Positions 6,540 to 11,554 of a DNA stretch of 11,554 bases are shown piece after piece; the first letter of the stretch is position 1, and every line of letters starts with the position of its first letter. Position numbers and translations under genes: made by a program. The stretch is taken from assembly GCA_047611865.1 (NCBI GenBank), contig JBLFWS010000106.1, positions 1-11,554 on the forward strand, given 5' to 3'. Source of the DNA: Chlamydiales bacterium (GTDB taxonomy: Bacteria > Chlamydiota > Chlamydiia > Chlamydiales > JBDQID01). A model generated the notes under the pieces. It ran no database searches. It was given only the letters and a program-made list of their open reading frames with translations, and was not told where the DNA came from.

Positions 6540-9500
6540 ATGTTTGACCCAGTAAAGAATGAGTCGGCTGCAGAAAGAGAAGAAAAAGTTTTGCAGCAGT
6601 GGACAAAGGAAGACACTTTCAAAAAATCAATTGAGCAGCGCAAGGGCAAGCCTTCATTTTCCTTTTATGATGGACCTCCTTTTGCCACAGGACTCCCTCA
6701 TTACGGTCATTTGCTTGCTGGAATTATAAAAGATGTCGTCCCTCGTTATAAAACCATGAAAGGTTTTCGCGTTCCTCGCCGTTTTGGATGGGACTGCCAT
6801 GGCTTACCTGTAGAAAACGAAATCGAAAAGTCACAAAACCTTTCGGGAGCAGCATCTATTGATGAGTTTGGGATTGCAAACTTCAATGAGGAATGTCGAA
6901 AAATTGTTTTACGATACACTGAGGAATGGAAGAAAACAGTTAATAGGATTGGTCGCTGGGTAGATTTTGACGATACCTATCGCACCATGGATCTTCCCTT
7001 CATGGAATCCGTTTGGTGGGTATTTAAAGAACTATTTGATAAGGGCTTGGTTTACGAAGGCTATAAAGTCATGCCCGTTTCGGCAAAATTAGGCACCCCT
7101 CTTTCTAACTTTGAAGCTTCTGATAACTATAAAGAGGTTGATGACCCATCCCTTACAGTAAGCCTACCTTTATTGGATGATCTTGATACTGAAATTCTGG
7201 TATGGACGACAACTCCCTGGACTCTAATTTCTAATCTGGCCCTTGCCGTAGGTGCAGATATTCAATACGTTAAAGTTAAAGATCATTCCAGTGCAAAGCA
7301 GTACATTTTGGCACAAGAGCGTTTGAGTGCCTATTACAAAGAAGAAAGCGAATACGAGATTCTTGACAGCTTTCCTGGTAAAAAGCTGGAAGGTTTGCGC
7401 TATAAACCTCTTTTTTCATATTTTGAAGACAGAAAAGAGGAAGGGGCCTTTCGGGTAATTATTGCAGACTTTGTCACGACCAATGACGGTACAGGTGTTG
7501 TTCACACAGCTCCGGGATTTGGTGAAGAAGATTTTTATGCCTGCAAAAAAGAGGGAATTGAAGTCGTATGTCCTGTTACTAACAACGGGACCTTTACTTC
7601 GGAAGTTCCTGAATATGCTGGAGTATTCTTCAAAGATGCTGATAAGGATATTATTAAAAGATTGAAAAGTGAAGGAAGAGTGATACAGCACGGAACTATC
7701 CGTCACCGTTATCCTTTCTGTTGGCGCTCCGATACCCCGTTAATTTACAAAGCCGTAAGTAGTTGGTTCGTAAGTGTAGAAAAAGTCAAAGATAAAATCA
7801 TTGCTGCGAATGAGCAAATTCATTGGACACCCGGCTACCTGAAGCACGGCCGCTTTGGTAAGTGGCTTGAAGGAGCTCGCGACTGGGCTATAAGCCGAAA
7901 TCGTTACTGGGGAACACCTATTCCCCTCTGGCGTTCAGAAGATGGCGAAGTGATAGCTATTGGTAGTGTTACTGAACTTGAAGAGCTTACTGGAGAAAAA
8001 ATTGAGGACCTTCACCGCCATTTCATTGACGATCTGACTTTTGAAAAAGATGGAAAGAAATTTACTCGAATTAAAGAAGTCTTCGATTGCTGGTTTGAAT
8101 CGGGCTCCATGCCATATGCCCAGAACCACTATCCTTTTGAGAACAAAGAAAGTACCGAAGAGAATTTTCCAGCAGACTTTATTGCCGAAGGTTTGGATCA
8201 GACTAGGGGATGGTTCTATACTTTAACAGTTTTGGGAGCTGCATTGTTTGATAAGCCTGCTTTCAAAAATGTAATCGTAAATGGAATTCTTCTTGCAGAA
8301 GATGGCGCCAAAATGTCTAAGAGCCTGAGAAATTATCCTGACCCTACAGAGGTAATTAACAAATATGGTGCGGATGCCGTACGAATGTATTTGTTGCATA
8401 GCCCTGCTGTTCGGGCTGATGACCTTTGTTTTTCAGAAAGAGGAGTAGAACTTTCTCTAAGAAAGATTCTTATTCCTTGGTGGAATGCCTATGTGTTCTT
8501 TATCACTTATGCACGCATTTACAATTGGGAACCTTCTAAGGATTTCAATATTGTTGAATCGAAGCCAGATGCAGTGATTGACCGTTGGATACTATCTCTA
8601 CTTAATCGACTTGTTGAAGATGTGGAAAAAGGGATGGATGATTATGATTTAAGTCGAGCTGTTGAGCCATTTGTTGGTTTTATTGATCAGTTGACGAATT
8701 GGTATATTCGTCGTTCCAGGCGTAGATTTTGGTCAGAAAAGGAAAGTCTTGATCGTGATCAAGCATTTAATACACTATATACTGTTCTTTCTACATTAAC
8801 AGAGATCGCCGCTCCATTTGTTCCTTTTATGAGTGAGACAATGTATAGCAATCTTCGCACTAAGGACATGGTTGCCTCCGTCCACTTGCGAGATTTCCCT
8901 GAGTTTAACGAGGCGGTTCGTGATGAAAGCCTAGAACTTGAGATGGCCGCAGTTCAGATCACGGCTAATTTGGGGCACAGCCTACGAAAGGAACATAAGT
9001 TTAAGGTAAGGCAGCCTCTTCCAGCTGTTCATATAGCCTCTGGTGACCCCAAGATTCTAGAGTTTTTACAGCACCAGAAACACTTGATTGCTGATGAGCT
9101 GAATGTGAAAGAAGTAACTTTTCATGATGACGAGAGTCAGTTTGTGAGTCTCAATGTGAAACCTAACTTCAGGACCCTTGGTAAAAAAGTGGGCAAGTTA
9201 ATGAGGCCCGTTCAGCAAGCGATCACTGATTTTAATCAAGATCAGATTGAAATGTTGCTGAATGGAATAGAGGTAAAAATCACAGTTGAAGGGCAAGATA
9301 TTCTATTGAAACCCGATGATGTGGAAGTTCGTCGCGAAGTTCGTGAAGGAATGATTGCGGCTAACGAAGATGCCATTACTGTCGTGCTTGATACAAGCAT
9401 TAATGATGAGCTTCGAATGGAAGGTTTGGCTCGTGAGGTGGTAAACAAAATTAGCACTATGCGAAGAGATAGTGGTTTTGATGTTGCTGATCGTATTTAT

Positions 9501-9698
9501 ATCCAAATAGACACGACTGACCTTGTGCGTGAATGCTTTGAAGTTCATGGGGACTATATTAAGGGAGAAGTCTTGGCTTTGGGAGTTAGTTTTGAATTTT
9601 GTAAAGAGGGTATAGAGTGGGATTTAAATGGTGAAAATTCAGTTATTTATCTCACAAAAGCTGATGCTACGAAAGATCACCCTGTAAAATCTTCCTAA
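6540..9698 (+). CDS. ileS: Isoleucine--tRNA ligase, type 2 (IleRS2), 1052 aa
   Basis: DGPPFATGLPHYGH (HIGH motif), GWDCHGLP, CP1 editing motifs WTTTPWTL and GTGVVHTAPGFGEED, WAISRNRYWGTPIP, DFIAEGLDQTRGWFY and KMSKS. The long C-terminus (KVRQPL, ELNVK, EGLAREVVNKI..MRR) lacks the type-1 zinc finger. Confidence 0.98.
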   Translation: MFDPVKNESAAEREEKVLQQWTKEDTFKKSIEQRKGKPSFSFYDGPPFATGLPHYGHLLAGIIKDVVPRYKTMKGFRVPRRFGWDCHGLPVENEIEKSQNLSGAASIDEFGIANFNEECRKIVLRYTEEWKKTVNRIGRWVDFDDTYRTMDLPFMESVWWVFKELFDKGLVYEGYKVMPVSAKLGTPLSNFEASDNYKEVDDPSLTVSLPLLDDLDTEILVWTTTPWTLISNLALAVGADIQYVKVKDHSSAKQYILAQERLSAYYKEESEYEILDSFPGKKLEGLRYKPLFSYFEDRKEEGAFRVIIADFVTTNDGTGVVHTAPGFGEEDFYACKKEGIEVVCPVTNNGTFTSEVPEYAGVFFKDADKDIIKRLKSEGRVIQHGTIRHRYPFCWRSDTPLIYKAVSSWFVSVEKVKDKIIAANEQIHWTPGYLKHGRFGKWLEGARDWAISRNRYWGTPIPLWRSEDGEVIAIGSVTELEELTGEKIEDLHRHFIDDLTFEKDGKKFTRIKEVFDCWFESGSMPYAQNHYPFENKESTEENFPADFIAEGLDQTRGWFYTLTVLGAALFDKPAFKNVIVNGILLAEDGAKMSKSLRNYPDPTEVINKYGADAVRMYLLHSPAVRADDLCFSERGVELSLRKILIPWWNAYVFFITYARIYNWEPSKDFNIVESKPDAVIDRWILSLLNRLVEDVEKGMDDYDLSRAVEPFVGFIDQLTNWYIRRSRRRFWSEKESLDRDQAFNTLYTVLSTLTEIAAPFVPFMSETMYSNLRTKDMVASVHLRDFPEFNEAVRDESLELEMAAVQITANLGHSLRKEHKFKVRQPLPAVHIASGDPKILEFLQHQKHLIADELNVKEVTFHDDESQFVSLNVKPNFRTLGKKVGKLMRPVQQAITDFNQDQIEMLLNGIEVKITVEGQDILLKPDDVEVRREVREGMIAANEDAITVVLDTSINDELRMEGLAREVVNKISTMRRDSGFDVADRIYIQIDTTDLVRECFEVHGDYIKGEVLALGVSFEFCKEGIEWDLNGENSVIYLTKADATKDHPVKSS

Positions 9699-9727
9699 TC
9701 TCAGCTTAAGATAGAATATCCTAATAT

Positions 9728-9780
9728 TGCCACAGATGGTTTAGTTAAAAAATCATCTGTGGCAGCAATTATTTTTTTTT
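9728..9780 (+). terminator. Stem-loop and U-tract after ileS, probable intrinsic terminator
   Basis: TGCCACAGATG (9728-9738) / CATCTGTGGCA (9754-9764) form a perfect 11-bp stem, extendable inward by one G-U and three A-U pairs. It is followed by GCAATTA and T9, so the U-tract is offset from the stem by about 7 nt. Confidence 0.7.
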
Positions 9781-9894
9781 ATTTTCATATTTTTCATTTT
9801 TTCCTTTACCAAATTTTTGTTATTTTTTACATATTACTTAATATGAGCGAAACATATGATTTTGTATCTCTTGATTTAGAGGAACTGATACGTT

Positions 9895-11382
9895 TTGGCT
9901 ATTAAATTGCTCCGACATTTTTTTCCTATCACATGGAAAGAAGCTCCAAGATTTTTTCTTCTGATTTCGATTTTTTTCACTGTTACATTCAATACAAAAA
10001 TTCTTAAGATTTTGAAAGATGCTTTAATAATTACTGCACCCGATTCTGGAGCGGAAACTATTCCATTCCTGAAGACCTGGATGCTCATACCTTTCTCGTT
10101 AATTTTGATAAATCTGTACGACAGACTTTCTGATTGGCTCAGTAAAGAGAAGTTGTTTTACTATTTTACGGGTGGGTTTCTGGCATTTTTTCTATTTTTT
10201 ACCGTGGTACTTTTTCCTAACAGAGAAATGCTTCATTTTCATGGTTTATGTGACTATCTTGAGTATTTGCTTCCTCTGGGTTTTAAAGGGTTTATCTCGA
10301 TTTTTCGTCATTGGACATTTTCTCTTTTTTATGTAATGGCAGAAATGTGGCCAACCATTTTGTTGTCATTTATATTCTGGAATTTCATAGCTTGCAATGT
10401 CACTGAAGGCGAGGCAAAAAGGTTTTATGGCCTATTTTCGTTAGATTTCGGAGGACTGGCAGCAGGAGGTATTACGGTTTTACTTTCAAGAGTAGACTGG
10501 GGCTTTCTATATGTAGATAAATGGCACGGGTATATGTCAGGCTTAGTGGGGGTGATAACTGTCGCAGGCTTGGCACAAATGGGCCTGTACCATCTATATC
10601 AGCGGAAATACATTAAGGAAGCCCCAATTAAACAGCCTGTCCCTGAGAAAGGTGCTTCTCGTAGTAAGATGACTCTTAAGGAAAAGTTTCAGTCCATAAG
10701 CGAAAGTCCCACCTTATTTTACATTGCGGTTTGTGTATTTTGTTTTGAATTTACTGATCAGTTAGTGGAAGTTGTGTGGAAGGATCAAGTAAGTCAGCTT
10801 TATACTACTCCGTGGGAATTCAGCGAGTACATGGCAAAGATTACTTGGATGACAGGAGTCCTGGGGATACTTGTGGTTTTTGGAATTTCAAGCTTTATAC
10901 TCCGGGAAAAGCCTTGGATTGTGGGGGGGCTTATTACTCCAATCATACTTATCTCTACTAGCCTTCTATTTTTTTCGGTAATGCTTATTCCTTCATTTGC
11001 AAATTTTCTTGGACGGCTTAGTGGTAAGGATCCCATGGTGCTAATTGTAACTATTGGATCCGTTAGGTCTATCTTAATGCAGGTGGCCAAATATACCTTT
11101 TTTGATAATACAAAAGAGCTGGCTTTTTTGCGATTCCCTGAGGAGATACGTCTTCGTGGTAAAGGCCTTTCAGATGCTTTCGCTTCTCGTCTAGGGAAGT
11201 CTGTTTCCTCTTTGTCTCACCAGAGCTTATTGCTAGGTCTTCATTCACTAACAGTCGCAGCACCAGTTATTGCAATAATGGTTCTGTCTTCGGCAGCTGC
11301 TTGGTTGCATTCTGTATTTTCACTGGGTAAAGCTATTTCTACATCCCAAGAGGAAGGTGGAGAGTTTTCAGCTTCTGCTTGA
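9895..11382 (+). CDS. TLC/NTT family nucleotide transporter (Npt1/Npt2-like), substrate uncertain, 495 aa
   Basis: Multi-pass membrane protein with NTT motifs FPI..KE, FN..IL..KD, SGAETIPFLKTW, FSLFYVMAEMW, EAKRFY, LVEVVWK, KYTFFDNTKELAF and RLGKS. TTG start with AGAGGA upstream; an in-frame TGA at 9886 precludes an earlier start. Confidence 0.92.
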   Translation: MAIKLLRHFFPITWKEAPRFFLLISIFFTVTFNTKILKILKDALIITAPDSGAETIPFLKTWMLIPFSLILINLYDRLSDWLSKEKLFYYFTGGFLAFFLFFTVVLFPNREMLHFHGLCDYLEYLLPLGFKGFISIFRHWTFSLFYVMAEMWPTILLSFIFWNFIACNVTEGEAKRFYGLFSLDFGGLAAGGITVLLSRVDWGFLYVDKWHGYMSGLVGVITVAGLAQMGLYHLYQRKYIKEAPIKQPVPEKGASRSKMTLKEKFQSISESPTLFYIAVCVFCFEFTDQLVEVVWKDQVSQLYTTPWEFSEYMAKITWMTGVLGILVVFGISSFILREKPWIVGGLITPIILISTSLLFFSVMLIPSFANFLGRLSGKDPMVLIVTIGSVRSILMQVAKYTFFDNTKELAFLRFPEEIRLRGKGLSDAFASRLGKSVSSLSHQSLLLGLHSLTVAAPVIAIMVLSSAAAWLHSVFSLGKAISTSQEEGGEFSASA

Positions 11383-11554
11383 TTGGGAGTTTTTTGATCT
11401 TTGTTAGGATGGCTAGACCCCAATGATTTTTTTTCCATGATTTATCGTAAACAAAGAAAAGGATAGGTCCCAATATGTTGTCAACAACGGCAACCTTTGC
11501 CAGGGCAAAGGCGCAGGTAGCACAAAGTGAAGCTTTGACAATGGAACGAAGTCG
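11339..11554 (-). CDS. Possible 3' end of a small membrane protein entering from the right edge (weak DUF2061-like resemblance)
   Basis: Open frame from the edge to TAG at 11341-11339: RLRSIVKASLCATCAFALAKVAVVDNILGPILFFVYDKSWKKNHWGLAIL...GM*. It overlaps the NTT 3' end by 44 nt. A plus-strand start at 11475 is a competing interpretation. Confidence 0.22.
   Translation of the reverse strand, partial: RLRSIVKASLCATCAFALAKVAVVDNILGPILFFVYDKSWKKNHWGLAILTKIKKLPIKQKLKTLHLPLGM

Noticed and set aside
9765..9842. T-rich tract with TTTTCAT repeats as a tandem repeat, phase-variation tract or promoter
   Set aside because: Low-complexity intergenic sequence with only two imperfect copies. No confident -35/-10 pair can be picked.
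7416..11263. Short alternative-frame and antisense ORFs within ileS and the NTT gene
   Set aside because: They lie within or largely overlap conserved genes and have no recognisable protein features.
1..11554. CRISPR array, tRNA/rRNA, IS element or prophage
   Set aside because: By eye there are no regularly spaced repeats, RNA-gene signatures, transposase/integrase ORFs or terminal repeats, and the intergenic gaps are short and otherwise explained.

Overview
The left half (minus strand) is an intact flagellar hook/motor cluster, fliK-flgD-flgE-flbD-motA-motB. motB is missing from the ORF track because it runs off the left edge. The cluster starts at a perfect-consensus sigma54 promoter with candidate enhancer palindromes upstream, and an intrinsic terminator separates flgE from flbD. 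FlgE is very large (933 aa, about 450 extra residues with an internal repeat), and the stator has Na+-type (PomAB/MotPS-like) signature residues. Transcribed divergently on the plus strand are a type-2 isoleucyl-tRNA synthetase (ileS) that by recall closely resembles chlamydial IleRS, a terminator, and a divergent TLC/NTT-family nucleotide transporter. The simplest reading is a host-associated, nucleotide-parasitic bacterium, probably an environmental member of Chlamydiota, that carries a sigma54-controlled, probably sodium-driven flagellum. The taxonomic call is inference; no searches were run.
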